From the NCBI GenBank assembly GCA_964106645.2, contig OZ067038.1: a stretch of 64,000 nt of DNA. One strand, written 5' to 3'. Below the pieces are notes generated by a model, which worked only from the letters and a program-made list of their open reading frames with translations, made no database searches and was not told the origin of the DNA. This document shows positions 1 through 13,773 of this stretch, in pieces (position 1 is the first letter of the stretch; every line of letters starts with the position of its first letter). Made by a program: the position numbers and the translations under genes. This DNA is from Podarcis pityusensis (lineage: Eukaryota).

Positions 1-2084
1 CCCCCCCCCCCATCTTAAATTCACTTTGTCATCATCATCTTGCCATTTTTTTAAAAAAAGGGACCCTCCTAAAAATTTGTCTTCATTTTAATGAACATTT
101 CTCCCAATACACACATTTTTGCAAATGGCTCCCCCAAATAGAATGCATTTTTGTATGTCCTTTTCATCATACCATGGGTTTTTATGGGCACTCCCCCTAA
201 TACATGCATTCCTGTACACATTTTTTTGGCTAGAAAACTGAACTGCAAAAACTGAAAAGTGTGAATTTTAAAGGAGAGCTGTGCTTTGGTTTGCATACTA
301 TTTTGGAAAGTTTGAAATGGATAGGTGCACATCAGTGGCATGCGGTGAATTTTTTTTTGTAGGGGAACAGTTAAAGGCAGAGGTGCCAGCTTGCAAAGGC
401 AATTGGGGGGGGGGGGCGACTTCATGCACATGTCTTCCTGAAGTCATGTGTGTGAACATCGTGCTTCCCTCTCTAAGCTGGACAGAAGCTTCCCGGGCTT
501 TGGGAAGGAGGTGCCGGGGAACATTTAGGGGCTAGCCTGGTCCACTGACTTTTACTGGTCCTGGAACTCCCTGTTTTGCTTTGTTTTAAACCTTTGCCAA
601 CATATCATTCCCCTTTCCTTTTACTCCTTTCTGTTGACCCCACGTTCCTTTTCATGTCCACTATTCTTCTGTTTATATCTCAATTGAATTGCAAGCCAGG
701 ATACTTGTCATTTCATGTGTTTGCGCAGTGGCTCATATATTTTAGACCCTCTAGTTAAATGGTAAAGAAAAAAAGTGAAGTTGTGAATCATTTATAATTT
801 TTCTGACTAGTATATAGCCACAACAAAGCAAGGTCAAAGAAGCAAAAGGGAAAGCATATTTTAAAAGGCTTCATCAATTAAACCAGAACATTGCTATTTG
901 TGCTAAAGTAGAAGGAATAAAACTGCATAAGGTCATCATAATTACCAGGGAGCCTCCTTTTGTTTCATCAAATTCAAAGGCACAGTTTTGTTCCGGGTCA
1001 TCTTCTTAATTTTACAGTGGCACAGAACTATCTACAATTATTCCAAAATACCTTCCTTGATTAGCTAGTAGTAAGTAATTCAGTAGTCAGTGGGTTGCTC
1101 AAGATGTGTTCTTTTTTCAAAGTGGAAGTTCAATATAACTTAACTGTTAAAGAAACTCAGTGTTCCAAATAAAATTGCCATGCATCTGTGGCCAAAGTAC
1201 ATGTGACACTAATTACGTATCTTAAGTTGTATGTTTGTCCAGATGCAAATTGATCGGGCTACCAAATCTACAGAGGGTGGAGGAATTTAACTCTCTCATC
1301 CTCTATCACGGTCTAGATGAAAATTGCCCTTCCAAAATTGCTACTTGCATGAGAGGAAAGATTCCATTAGTGCAACACTGGAGGGGGAGGGATTTTTCTG
1401 TGTGTCACCTTTTCTCTTCCCACCACCTCCCCATCACTCCAGAACCTAATTGAGCTCTACTGAGCCTGCTATTTGCATTTGAAAAAAGATTCACACAATC
1501 TAACATTTAGTATGTGCAGTTTGGCCCTGACAAATTCAAATGAAGACAATAAAAGAGAAATATAAAAGTTGCCTTAGTTTTCTGGGAAGGAAGAGAGAAA
1601 TGCACACATTAAGGCACACACAGGTGGATGGTACCTCCCCCTACCCCTTTGCTTCACACCAAATTGATCCCTATAGTTTCAGATAGCAAATGTATTGTTA
1701 AAAGCAAGTACATGTCAAATTATTTTCAGCATCTTAGGGGCTGAAGAAGACTAACTTTTTACTAGTTAGGATGGGGTAGCTATAGAGATTTAATTTGAGT
1801 AAAAAGAACAAGGTTGATTTAACAAGAATGAGGAATTCTATTGAAATACTCTCTGCAACTTCTAGCACCTCCCAAGAATCAGATTTATTTAAACTTTGGG
1901 CTTTGCATGGCCATTTTGGTGGAAAGGGATGTGGGATAGCAACTATCTATCCATATGCTTCTTATTACCCCATGCAAGCTGTAAGTAGAGATGCCATATT
2001 GGAGGGACATATGCACAACTTCCCTCTTGCTACATTGAAGCTCTGCAACTTGCACTTCCTTAAAAAATGCATAGTTGAAATTAT

Positions 2085-2285
2085 TGTACTGTACAGTGCT
2101 TATATTCCACCTTTCATCAAGAACATGAGGCGGCATACTCACCTTTTTATCCTCACAATAACTCCTGTGAGGTAGATTAGGCAGAGAGAGAGTGACTAGC
2201 TCAAAATCAGCCAGAGAACTGAAGAAAGAATTGAATCCTTGACACCCAGCTCCTAGTTCAATCCACTAACTAACAGCTACACCTC
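2085..2285 (-). mobile_element. Degenerate tRNA-derived SINE (Squam3/MIR-like)
   Basis: Reverse complement carries the CORE-like body (CTAATCTACCTCACAGGAGTTATTGTGAGGATAAAA) and a tRNA-like head; boundaries approximate. Confidence 0.55.
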
Positions 2286-3875
2286 ACTGTCTCTCACATT
2301 GAAGATAATTAAAGTAAAATATAATTACAGAGGAATAGAGGAGGTGATGATCTTGTAAATACGTTTGAACCAAGCTAATTTATAGGTCAAAATGTGCACT
2401 TTGAATTGTACCCTGGAGGCTGCAAGCCTGCAAGATGCCACATAAGCAGGGAAGCATGAAGTTAAGACAAAATGCTCGCTATTGCATTCCATGAAAGCAG
2501 AATATGAGAAAAAAAAGTGCTACTGGGAGCCTATCCTGAGCCATCACAACAAAATTGGATAGGAATAATAAGAAATGAATATTCAACCAAAATAATGAAT
2601 GAAGAAAGCGACTGAATGGCTGATTTTCAAGTAATGAGCATAGTCAATTTCCTCACATTTTATACAGCACAAAACAAGTTTCCATCAGGAAAGTCACAAG
2701 GCATATCCCTTTCCAGATGTTTTATTGAATTATTTAAATACATGAGTCTATTAGCACCAATTCATGTCAGCGCTACACTTCAGGTGTGAAACGATCTTAA
2801 ACGAATATCAGATAAAGGATGGACCTGTTGCAGCAATAGATTTACTGTTATGGATTTAAGAGGTCTCCACTGTATTCACATTACTTTATTGCCATTTAGT
2901 GCACTCTAATTAAAAATAAAAAGACTTCTCCTTGCCTTCCCCCCTCTTGTGCATTTCTGGAGTGATTTAGCTTTAAAGCGAAAGAGCAAATGACAGATCA
3001 CAGGAAAATGTTAAACTATAAATCACCTACTTCTCTGGACACACTGACTATTTATGAGGTTGGAGGGTGAATTCTAGTTAAGTTTCCAGGCATTTGGATA
3101 CATTAATTCACCTGCGTCACTGTATCCACCATGCACCATACTTCTGTGGATGTTAGTTGCTGCCTTACTGAAAACCTGCCAAACATTTAGCAGGTCCTTG
3201 CCGGTTCCAACTGAGCCATGTTACAGCCTGGCAGAATGACTGCAGGGGGTCACTGAAACATGCAATGCATAGAGATATCAGTTCAGGTTGCTAGCAATGA
3301 CCTCTGGTCATTGTAAGGGAAGAACAGACAGGAGGACAAATCAAGTTTATCCATATTTTAGAGGTATTTTGGTTAGAGGTGGGCTCTAGCTTTTTCTGGG
3401 GGCGGGGGAACAAAAAGAAGCCGGCTGTAAAGCCAAGGGAGAATGAGAGAAATACTGCCAAGATTTCAGGGAGGAAGGAGTTTGTTTGGCTTACCTTCCA
3501 TCAAGGGCAGAGAACCTCAGGCCTAGGGACTGAATGTGACCCTTCAGGTCGCCACAGGATTCCCATCACACTTCTTCCCCAGGCCCACTGCCTGTTCCCA
3601 GCCACACCCATAAGCAGCCTTGCTTCACAATCTCCTTGACTGTTTATGCCTGACTAAAATATGTCCTTTAATTCCAATAACTGCTTGCCTGGATGAAGAA
3701 TAGTGAAGGGTGTGTGTGTGTATGTAGAAGCTAGCATAGCGTACATGAAACAGTTACATTCATTGTTCTTCCCACTTTTGTCTCTGGTTCCACACACCCC
3801 TGCCATGACTCCTGAAAGGTTGCTCAGAAGGTACTGCACCCCTCAGGCTGAAAAAAGTTAACCACCCCTGCTTTA

Positions 3876-4240
3876 CATAGAGTCATAGAGTTGCAAAGTA
3901 CCCCGAGAGTCATCTAGTCCAACTTCCTGCAATGCAGAAATCCATAACTAAAACATCCATGACAGATGGCCATCTAACCTCCGCTTAAAAACCTCCAAGG
4001 AAGAAGAGTCCGCAACCTCCTGAGGGAGTCCATTCCACTGTTGAACAGCTTTTACTGTCAGAAAGTTCTTCCTGATGTTTAGTCGCAATCTCCATTCTTG
4101 CAACTTGAATGCATTGATTCAAGTCCTACCTTCCAGAGCTTGGTCCATCCTCCACATGACAGCCCTTTAGATATCTGAAGATGACTATTATATCTCCCCT
4201 CAGTGTCCTCTTTTCCAAATGTCTCAAACATTCCTCATAA
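3876..4240 (-). mobile_element. CR1 LINE 3' fragment
   Basis: Starts with CR1 tail repeat (catagagtcatagag); minus-strand translation contains LEKRTLRGDIIVIFRYLKGCHVE, the typical CR1 ORF2 C-terminus. Confidence 0.85.
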
Positions 4241-4287
4241 AGCAGATGAAGGCACCATCCAATTGTGCTGATGCTGAAGTACCATGG

Positions 4288-4367
4288 CTCACCCCGTCGC
4301 AGGGATTCAAACCGCTGACCTACCAATTGGCAAACCCTAGGTGGTTTAACCCACAGCGCCACCCCTG
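4288..4367 (-). mobile_element. Sauria SINE (Squam1) 5' head fragment
   Basis: Matches the head of the copies at 9911 and 13952 (ggtggcgctgtgggttaaacc...ggtttgaatccc). Confidence 0.7.
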
Positions 4368-6204
4368 AAAGCAAATCCCAGTAACCTCTGAAGCAGTGAG
4401 ATTTAGAAAATGTAAATAGGCTTTAATAATAATTAATGAATAGCATCAAGATCCAACAATCAATGTTTATTTTGCTTAATAAGTGGGATTACAGTCTTTT
4501 AATCCTACTTTCCCTTTCTACACTGCTATCTGTGCAGAGCTAGACATGTTTTTAAAAAAGTTAAAATAAGTGATCTCTCAAACGATGTGCAGAGCAGCAT
4601 AATGTTCTGGACAACAGTTATTTTATCCTATGTTTATTATGTTAATTTGCTGCAGATTTTCAGTATATCTGTAGCAAAGTGGATCATTATAAGAGCCTCT
4701 GCTCATCATGGAAAACATTTCTGTTTGTTTTTCATTATCTCTTTCTTGTAGCAGCTGATTTTTCAATATTCATAAAAATAAAAGGTCCATTGTGCAGTGT
4801 ATTATACACTCCTGCCAGAATCTGCTTAGTTTCCCCTCTGAAAGCTGAGCGAATCCTGCTTAGCATTATATGGCTGTCCTTAGCTCTCTTTTTAGCGGTG
4901 GCTGCCAAACCATTTGGAATTACTTGCTGTCTTTGTAACTTACACAAATGCCTGCTGGGGACTGAGATTAATACCAATTCACAGTGTATAACCTTTCCCA
5001 CCTGCTCTCACTTTTACTATTAGGATTGCCTTTTCCTGGGAGGAACAGTAAAAGAGGGTGATTTTCCTTGTTAAAGGTTGTCCTGGTTAAAGGATATTCT
5101 TTCAGCACCATTCCATAGTTTCTTGTTTTCTTTCTCTCCTTTGTTGATCCAGCTGTCTTTACAAGTTCCAAGTGTTGCCTTGTTAGATTAAAGCAGACTG
5201 AACTGAAGGGCGGGGGGGGGGGTACCTAAATGCAAGCATCCCTGCAAGTGTTGCCAGCTCTCATTCACTCTGACTTGAGCAAGCCTATGCCTAGAGATAT
5301 CCACCATGAATTGGGCCGAAAAGGTGGCTTGAAAATAACCTGTTTTCCGTGGAGTATAAAGAGAGGAAAAATTTCCACTAGCCATTAATTGTCCCTTCTA
5401 AGATCTTATGCACCGCTCTTCAGCTCCTCCTATTCAGGAACTGTGACAGGTGTTTAATAATGAATAGTGAAGTGTTAAATTGTATGTATATGAAGTCATT
5501 TTTCCTGATCACCGAAATTCCCCCCCAAAAAACCCTTTAGCAGCTGCACGTTAAATTCTGCAGGTTATGCCGCCAGAAAAGAATAATTCCTAACCCATAG
5601 AGCCATTCATGTATCAATTTAAATGCATTTGTCTGTGTGATGGAATAAAGCAGCTACTCTGTGAATGAAAAGCAGAGGAAAAGAATAATTCATCTAACCT
5701 TCACAATGGAAGAAAGTGGATGAGAATATGGTAATTATCTCAATGAAGTTTGACTGGGGCTCTAGTTTCATTACTCATGGAGGAAGCGGTGATTTCTTTT
5801 ATAAATATAATCGTTTAGAACCATTCTGTTCTTCTTTCGGTTAAGCAAATAATAAAGTGCTTTAAGGAACTTTATGACAGTTTTGTTTTCATGGATGATG
5901 GGAGAGAATCAGGGAAGCATGTGCTTTCTTTCTAGGAAAATGAGGGGTCAAATCTAAAAACAACATTCCGCCCCCTAATCCGATAATGATTGGGTCTTTC
6001 CTAGGCCTGCTCGCAAGATGTAAGTGTGGTTATTGAAATGCATGGAATGGAGGGCAGGATTGCATCCACAAATCCTGCTCCCAACCTCTGTACATGCAGC
6101 TGCAGGTACAGACAGAGGCTGGATCTAGACACATCAAAGAAGTGCTTCAGTTAAAGGCATTGTAAAGTTTGTATGAGAAATCAGATTGGCAAAAACAGAA
6201 CTCC

Positions 6205-6223
6205 ACAGCGCCATCTGGTGTCA
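6205..6223 (-). promoter_or_regulatory. Candidate CTCF binding site
   Basis: Minus strand reads TGACACCAGATGGCGCTGT, close to the CTCF core consensus CCASYAGRKGGCRS; lies in non-repeat sequence; motif evidence only. Confidence 0.5.
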
Positions 6224-7838
6224 CAATGTTAGAATGCATATACAACACATATAAAGTGCTTTTTCTTTGCCAATGTAGCTGAGTCCGGAGCCTGTGCATG
6301 TGTGAACATGCATGCAATTGGGAATGCTGCCATTTTCAGTATTCCCTTTTGCCTGCAGGCTGTGTTCACACCAGCTAGCATGATCTTGCTGCAATCTCCT
6401 ATTCCACACACTCAGAAAACATATCTCTTGTGAGCAGGGCTTCTCTAGTTACACAGCAGCTGGTTTAATATGTTATTTATTTATTTGATAAAATTTACAC
6501 ACCGCTTGAGTGTAAAAAAAAAAATCCTCAAAGCAGTTTATAAAAACAATGAAATAGAGAAAAATTAACAACCATACTGTAAACATACAACAATTAAAAT
6601 GTTAAAACAGATTAAAATTAGCATAACTTTCTAAACATATGGGTAGATGTTATAGAGAAATAGGCTGAGTGTCACCAGCATACTGATGGCGCTCCAAAAC
6701 TCCTAATGTCCACTCCCAACAGCTTCGTAGAAGAAGATGCCAAGGACCACTTTATTCTTATTCCATATTTTTTTCAGGGTTAAAAACACATGAGCAGAAA
6801 TGAGCCTTGGTGACCTCTTGCACAAAGTACACATTGAAGGCTACATGTCAAGCAGATCCAGGGATGTTATGTGGCAGAGGCAGCTTGTCTTGTTTTGCCA
6901 CCGAGGCAAAACAGGAAGGAGCTATCATTTGCCCACTCCCTCTTGCCACTGCCACTGCAGCCTCGCTTACCACAATCTCATGAGGCTTTCATGAGATCTC
7001 CCCAAAACCCAACAGAACCAATTCTCCTTGCTTCTCTGGCGGCAGCCAAAGGGCTTTGGTTTTTGCTTTGTTCCTGTTCCTTTTGTACAGAGGCTTAGAT
7101 TTTCCATTTTCCCACCGAATCTTCATCCCCCCCCTCCCATTTGTAAAGCTTATCTAATCAGTTTTTATAATCGTGCCATCTGAACCAGGAGCGGGGGTGG
7201 TTTCAGCAATAAAATGGTGAGGCGGGGAGACCATGCCATTATTCCTATCCAGGCTGGGAATCCTTGTGGCTTCTTATTGTAAAAGGAAAAAAAGAGTTTC
7301 CCTCACAAAAATTTGATGTCACATCTAGCGTGACCCTTGACAATGCTGCTTTAAGTGCATATATTGAAGCTTTCTTTGTTCCTGCATAGATAGGTACCTT
7401 CCCTTTGTTCTTCACTTGGAAATAACACTGGACAAAAATGAAACGTACACTGAAGAAAGGCCTGAGGATAGCATGTACTCAGCCCAGAACAAATGGAGGA
7501 AATTTCTCAATAAAACTATCATAATTTGCTTTATAACAGAGTTTCCAGACTGGCTTTCTGGCTTGGCTTCTCTCTCATGCCTTTACCTTAACTTTCTTTT
7601 TCTTGGTTAAAAACAAACAAACCCAAAACCAAACCCAAAACCAATCAAAACCAAATCTACTTACAGCTTGTTATCTGACTGGCTGAAGTCCTTACTCTAG
7701 GATAGAGCTATTACAGTTCCAATTTCATTAGACCACTCCCCTTCTCCAGTGGGTGGCACTGCGGACGTGCATCTGGGATCTCCCAGTGACCCGGCAGTGG
7801 GCAGAGGGAATGCTGCCCATGTCATTAGGACTCCCAGC

Positions 7839-7900
7839 TGAGTCACGCCCCCCGGCCAACCAATCAGGTTAGCCAGGGGGCGTGGCCAATGCTGTTTAAA
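7839..7900 (+). promoter_or_regulatory. Compact promoter-like motif cluster (AP-1, two Sp/KLF boxes, two CCAAT boxes, TATA-like)
   Basis: TGAGTCA 7839-7845, CACGCCC 7844-7850, CCAAT 7860-7864 and 7886-7890, GGGGCGTGGC 7877-7886, TTTAAA 7895-7900, within a locally GC/CpG-rich patch. Confidence 0.45.
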
Positions 7901-8451
7901 CTGCAGCGCGGCTGAGGGCAACCTCCATTTGCCTTCTTGTTGGAGCTCTTTGCTGTAGTCATCGCCTTTGTTCATTGCTCTCAAGCAGCCACTTTGCCCA
8001 GGCTCCATCAGCTACAAGGCAGCTATAATCCCCGCGCCCACGAGATCAGCTGTGAAGCAGCTCCTCTGTCCTTGCATTTGTCTTATCGGAGAGCTTGTGT
8101 ACTAGCAAAGCACAGCATGGTCAAGGGCTGGAGAGTGCCATTAAAGTTCCAATATCATTAACAGATTTTCTGCAGTTCTTGAATATAGATCGTTCGAGCA
8201 CTGTGCTTTAAGAATAGCTACCCAACTTTAAGCATTCACTTTATACATGAAAGAGAATGTGCCTTTTGCAATATTTGCACACATACATTTCCCACCACTC
8301 CAAAGCGGGGGGGGGGGGGGAATGCATTTTCTATAATTTGAGTCAGTATCATTATTATTATAAAGACAAGATGGGGTTACTGCAGTAGCCATAGCAACAG
8401 AATCAGGGGAAGGAAGAAGAGAATGGCTAAGATCTCTCTCTGTGTGTGTGT

Positions 8452-8585
8452 CAGGGCTTTTTTCAGCCGGAACTCACTGGAACTCAGTTCCAGCACCTCT
8501 CAGGTGGCCACCATTACTATTATAAGACAACAAGGGGGGTGTTCATGGTGAGTTCCAGCACTTCTTTTTCTAGAAAAATAGCACG
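8452..8585. mobile_element. Non-autonomous DNA transposon (hAT-like MITE) inserted in a (TG)n tract
   Basis: Imperfect terminal inverted repeats cagggctttttttc / gaaaaatagcacg; TG-repeat flanks. Confidence 0.55.
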
Positions 8586-9910
8586 TGTATGTGTGTGTAG
8601 ACAGACAGAGGGGAAGAGAGAGAGGTGTATGAGAGAGGATACGATATTAGAAAAGCCATCCAGACAATTCTAAAACAGCAAGTAATATAATCTGTTGGTC
8701 AATTATTGCTCATATCTCATTTTTATAGTAATTTTGATCCAGAGTTGCACTAAGTGACATAACAAAGGATGCCCCCCATAGGCAGAGGCACGGAGGCAAT
8801 TTTCACCAATTCCTTATTCTTGCTGGATTCCCCTATGCCCCCCTGTCTGCTCCCAGAAATTGAATGACCCTCAGAACACCACAGGTGATTATACTAGGCA
8901 GGGTCAGTCCACCCATGAGACAAGGTGAGGCGCTCACTTCAGGAGGCAGGATCCATAGTGGCAGCAAATCTGGCCTACAAAGGAATGCATCACCAGCTGC
9001 TGTTGCCCCAGTGGCAGTAATGGGGACCAGATCTGCTGCCTCCTCAACAGCCCCCTGCCCAATGCTGCCTCTACAGCAGCCTCTTGGTGAATAGAAGGCA
9101 CTGCTGGTACCCTCCTAGGGAAGAAATAGTGGAGGCTGCCCTCTGGGATCTCTCTTCAAGTATCCCTGCTGCTGAGGAAACATTTCTAGAATTGTGCTGT
9201 TGTTAAGCATGTCACAGCAAAAGAAACAGAGCAGTATGAAGTTGTGATGACATCAGGTTTGTATACCACATTCAAAAAAGTAAAAACGCTAATTAATTCA
9301 AGCTATCTGCTTTGTGTATATAAAGCCTTTAAAAAGGCCAGGCATGGGACCCTAATTAAAATCTATTAAAAACAGTAAAAAATATAGGAAACAATTATGA
9401 CAACATACTAATATATTTTCAAGAGAGCTGAAACTAACAGAAGCTTTAGGTCCGTAATACTTCTTTGTCTATCGGTGAAAACCACCCTCAGTTAACGCCT
9501 TTTGTTTTAAGAACAACTAGAATGAAAATGCTAGACTTCCATGCAGCACATTCTGATCAATGAGCCAAATAATGAAATTCTATTAGCCTTATATAGTAGC
9601 AATAACAGAGGGGCCGAGCAATCTAAATCCTGGCTGGGCAGTGGCAGGGACAGTCCCATCATTTGTACCAGCCAGAGAAGCAGAGGGTAGAAAAAAGGCA
9701 GCTGTGAACTATGTCAGCCTGGAGTTGGCATGCCGACTGGGCCTGTACAGGGCCTGATGCTGTCAAGTGAAAGCAGTGGGGTTGGCTTGGGATCCAGCAG
9801 ATCCCAGGCTGGCTTTGCCCCTTTTTCTGGTTCTTTCCAAAGGCTACCACAAGCAAAATGTGCACCAGCTGTACTTCTGCCGCTACCTGCAGTGAGCAGG
9901 AATTACTCCA

Positions 9911-10262
9911 ACGCGGGTGGCGCTATGGGTTAAACCACAGAGCCTAGGACATGCCGATCAAAAGGTCGGTGGTTCGAATCCCCGCAATGGGGTGAGCTCC
10001 TGTTGCTCGGTCCCTGCTCCTGCCAACCTAGCAGTTTGAAAGCACATCTAAGTGCAAGTAGATAAATAGGTACTGCTCCAGGGGGAAGGGAAACAGCGTT
10101 TCCGTGTGCTGCTCTGGTTCGCCAGAAGCGGCTTAGTCATGCTGGCCACATGACCCGGAAGCTGTACGCCGGCTCCCTCGGCGAATAAAGCAAGATGAGC
10201 GCCACAACCCCAGAGTCGGTCATGACTGGACCTAATGGTCAGGGGTCCCTTTACCTTTACCT
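9911..10262 (+). mobile_element. Sauria SINE (Squam1), near full length
   Basis: tRNA-like head with B-box GGTTCGAATCCC, characteristic body and (ACCTTT)n tail. Confidence 0.9.
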
Positions 10263-10404
10263 ATTTACTGTACTATATTACTAATTCAATAACCAAGCAG
10301 TCTGGTCAAAAAGGGACAGATCACTGTGTCCCTCAACTGTTTGGCAGAAGGTGAGGAGGTTCAATGCTAGTAGCCTCTTAGCAGGCTAATACAAACGTTT
10401 GCAG

Positions 10405-10503
10405 GTTCTGTTGCTCAGCCAAGAACCTCCTGCTCCACAACTGGTCTTTCAAGCAGGGCACTTCCTAATCAACAACTTGAATTGGAATTTGAGGCCTCTG
10501 TAG
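10405..10503 (+). other. Candidate exon A (99 nt) of a putative spliced transcript
   Basis: tttgcag| acceptor (weak pyrimidine tract) and TAG|GTAAGT donor; open in the phase compatible with exon B. Confidence 0.2.
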
Positions 10504-13107
10504 GTAAGTGCCTCCACTTCTGCTCACCATCCTGCCCTCTCATCATGCTCTCTTGCCTTTCACCCAGCTTCCTTTTATCTCCCACCACCAAAGAGGTAAA
10601 GCTAGGCTAGAGATCTGCTTCTCCAGATGTTGCTGAAGTTTACTGTTTAGATTTGCCAAATTCGTGGCCTAAAATTTTGTTTTATATTAAAGCTTTCAAA
10701 CAACCAGTTCCCAAAGGTTTTCACTAAAGGAGATTGGGGAAAAACTTTTACCTTGTGGTAGGTCACAATTGTGCAAATTCCAACTTGACTCATAGTTTCA
10801 CTGGAACCAAGTGCTAAAAAACTTCAACAAGTTATAAGTTTATCTACAGTAGTCTTTATTTTAAGTGGTTTGGTCCTTTGAGTTTTGAAAAAGAAATCTC
10901 CGTATGTAATACAATTGCCAAATGTTGCTCTTAAGAAAATAGCAATTGGTTCAATTTAGCAGTAGGAAGTGTGGCTAATGTGCACCTCACCTTCTGCTAC
11001 AGTCGAAGCAAACAGGGCAGTGATTCCAAATGGCTCTTTGATTAATGATCACAAAAACTTCATGATTCCTTTACTTGGGTGAACAGCTTTAGTGAAAACA
11101 GCAGTCCACAGGACCTCAAAAGCAGCTGGATTTCATTGATTCAGAATGAAATAATAAAGTATTAATTTTACTAAACACAAATCCATCAAATAGCAGATCC
11201 CTAATGATGGGGGCAGGGGATGTTGGGAATCTGCACCTGGTTTTTCAACTGCTAACATAATTTACGACTGCATAATTTATATTAGAAAAATGATATTCAG
11301 AGTAGCTATCAAAGATAAACATATACTGCAGAAGGGTTCTTCCTTCTATTTTAGAATGTTGAACTATTATTTGGGTAATGAAACAACGATAGAATGGTCA
11401 TCAATGTTTCGGAAGGTGGACATGAAAGGCCAGCAAAGAAGACCAGAAGGGAAATAACATTTGTCTCAATATGTCTGATTACTGCATTCAGTGGAAAAAT
11501 TAAGCCACATTTATGATGAGGTAAATGTTTTCCTGTAACTTCAGATAAATAAGTTTGTCCTATTGAATAAGTTTTAGCCAAATTTATGGACAACTGTAAA
11601 AAAACCCATATTTTAGATTCCAAGTGAAGAGGCAGTCCTGATATTTCACACTTTAATCCAACCTCTTAAATGTACACTTGACTAACGAGGCTCAGTATAT
11701 CAACCGAATTCTGCCTGAATGCTGCTGTTTGGAATGGGCGGGGAGAGAGAGAGACTCATATATCAGAGTTTTCCTATTCAATATGTATATACATTTTCAA
11801 AATACAAAGAGCAAAGAAAGCCATATTTGTCAGGGGCAGTGGGGTGTGAGATGAGCTATTTATAAAGTGAGAATCTGAACACAGGACAGGAAAACTAACG
11901 AGTGTTTGTTTACGTGAAGGTTCAAGCAGCTTCACTTGGGTTCTCAGCTCCAAAGTAGAGGATACACAAATACAGTATGTCTCTGGCAACTCAGTTCCTA
12001 ACTGCACACAACAGAGAAGAATAAGGACCCACTCTCTGCCTGCGCAAAAACTCACTCTCTCTCTCAAACTCCTCCTCCCAGCCCCACCCCAGCCTCTACC
12101 TGCATCCCATGATAACTCTTGCTCTCACTCTCGGCTCTCCTCCTCCCACTGAGTCCACCCTCTGCCTGCACATTTTTGAGAAGAAGCGCAAATATGTGAA
12201 AAAAGGTGTCCCGTTTAAAGTCCACACAGGACAGGGAACACTTTTCTCAAAAAAAGGATGATCACATTTTTCTAGGAACAAGTGGCAACCCTAGCTATGG
12301 ATCATCTACTTAGAATAATTCAGACCCTTAATCAGCATTTATACTTGGTTTTAAAAATTTCAGGTCTTAAATGCTCTTAAATAAATGATAGGAGGTAACT
12401 ATAGTGCTGGATTATGAACCTGTCATATCCCACATTTATATTTATGCTAGAAGCTAGAATGGTTTTTTCTTTTTATCTAGACTGATGCCCAAGTGACGCT
12501 GTCATTACCTTTTGTCCTGGTATAAAAATGCTGCATGTTTATCAAAAGCAGGCACCACAAGGAATATAGATAGATACACACATACAGATAGACAGAGATA
12601 CACAGGCAAACAAAATCAGAGGGTGAAATAGAGCAAAGTTTCTTTAAAAACACTCCCTCCCCCAGCAGCAGTTTGTTCTTTTTAAGAGCAAATGGAACTG
12701 CAGACATTAAAATTAAATCAGAGCAATTTCGTGAAAGGAACAAAAAATGTCAAGACCAGTGAAACACATGCATAACTACATAATGAAGAATCCAAAAGGA
12801 AAATTGGCTAGGAAAAAAAGAACATATGTGAAAAAAGACTATTCTTGAAGTCTACTGTGCAGTAGCTATCTCAAAGCCTTAAAAATATATGAAATGAATT
12901 ATCACCCTCTACTCACTTCATACCACTTATAATGAACATCAGGGAAAGGCTTTTTCTAATGCAAGAAAATTCTATCCATCCATCCCTATTATGAGGCTCA
13001 TTCATCTGAGGTAAAATTCATTTTCATTTCTGATTTTGAGAGCTTCATAGGGGAGGATTGCTTATTCATTTAAAGCAGATTCAAAGAATATCCTATAAGT
13101 TATAGTA

Positions 13108-13349
13108 CAGTGGTACCTTGGGTTACATACGCTTCAGGTTACATACGCTTCAGGTTACAGACTCCGCTAACCCAGAAACAGTACCTCAGGTTAAGAGCTT
13201 TGCTTCAGGATGAGAACAGAAATCGTGCACTGGCAGCGCAACGGCAGCGGGAGGCCCCATTACCTAAAGTGGTGCTTCAGGTTAAGAACAGTTTCAGGTT
13301 AAGAACGGACCTCCGGAATGAATTAAGTACTTAACCTGAGGTACCACTG
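13108..13349. mobile_element. Tc1/mariner (Tigger/pogo-like) MITE
   Basis: TIRs CAGTGGTACCT...AGGTACCACTG flanked by TA on both sides; same family at 32731 and 33194. Confidence 0.88.
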
Positions 13350-13773
13350 TAGTTTGTGACAAATTTTGGAACTGGGGCAGTTTCGAAATCACAGGTACAA
13401 TATGAGTGCCCCTAAACCACAGTTGGGCCAGGTTAGTCAAGACGTTGTCACTAGGTAGCTGTTCCTACAACTGCCTGGCCTTTTCAAACAAACCTAACTT
13501 TTGAAGGGCAGGGAGATGGCCAGCAGAAAAGAGCTTGTAGGCCTCATTCCTAAGGCCTGTGTACTCCTGAGGATTTTGTTTTGTTTTGTTTGTTACTGGG
13601 ATACATGGAAATGTAGTTAAGTCACATCCCTATCCATTGCACAGACTTTAAGAATGAAACATACAAGGCCAATAAATGTCATGAGCCAGCCTTGTCCACC
13701 ACCAGTCTCCCGCTCCCTGGCCAAGATCAGTCTCCTTGGGAAGGCTGAGACTGGATGAGGGCAACCGCCCTTG

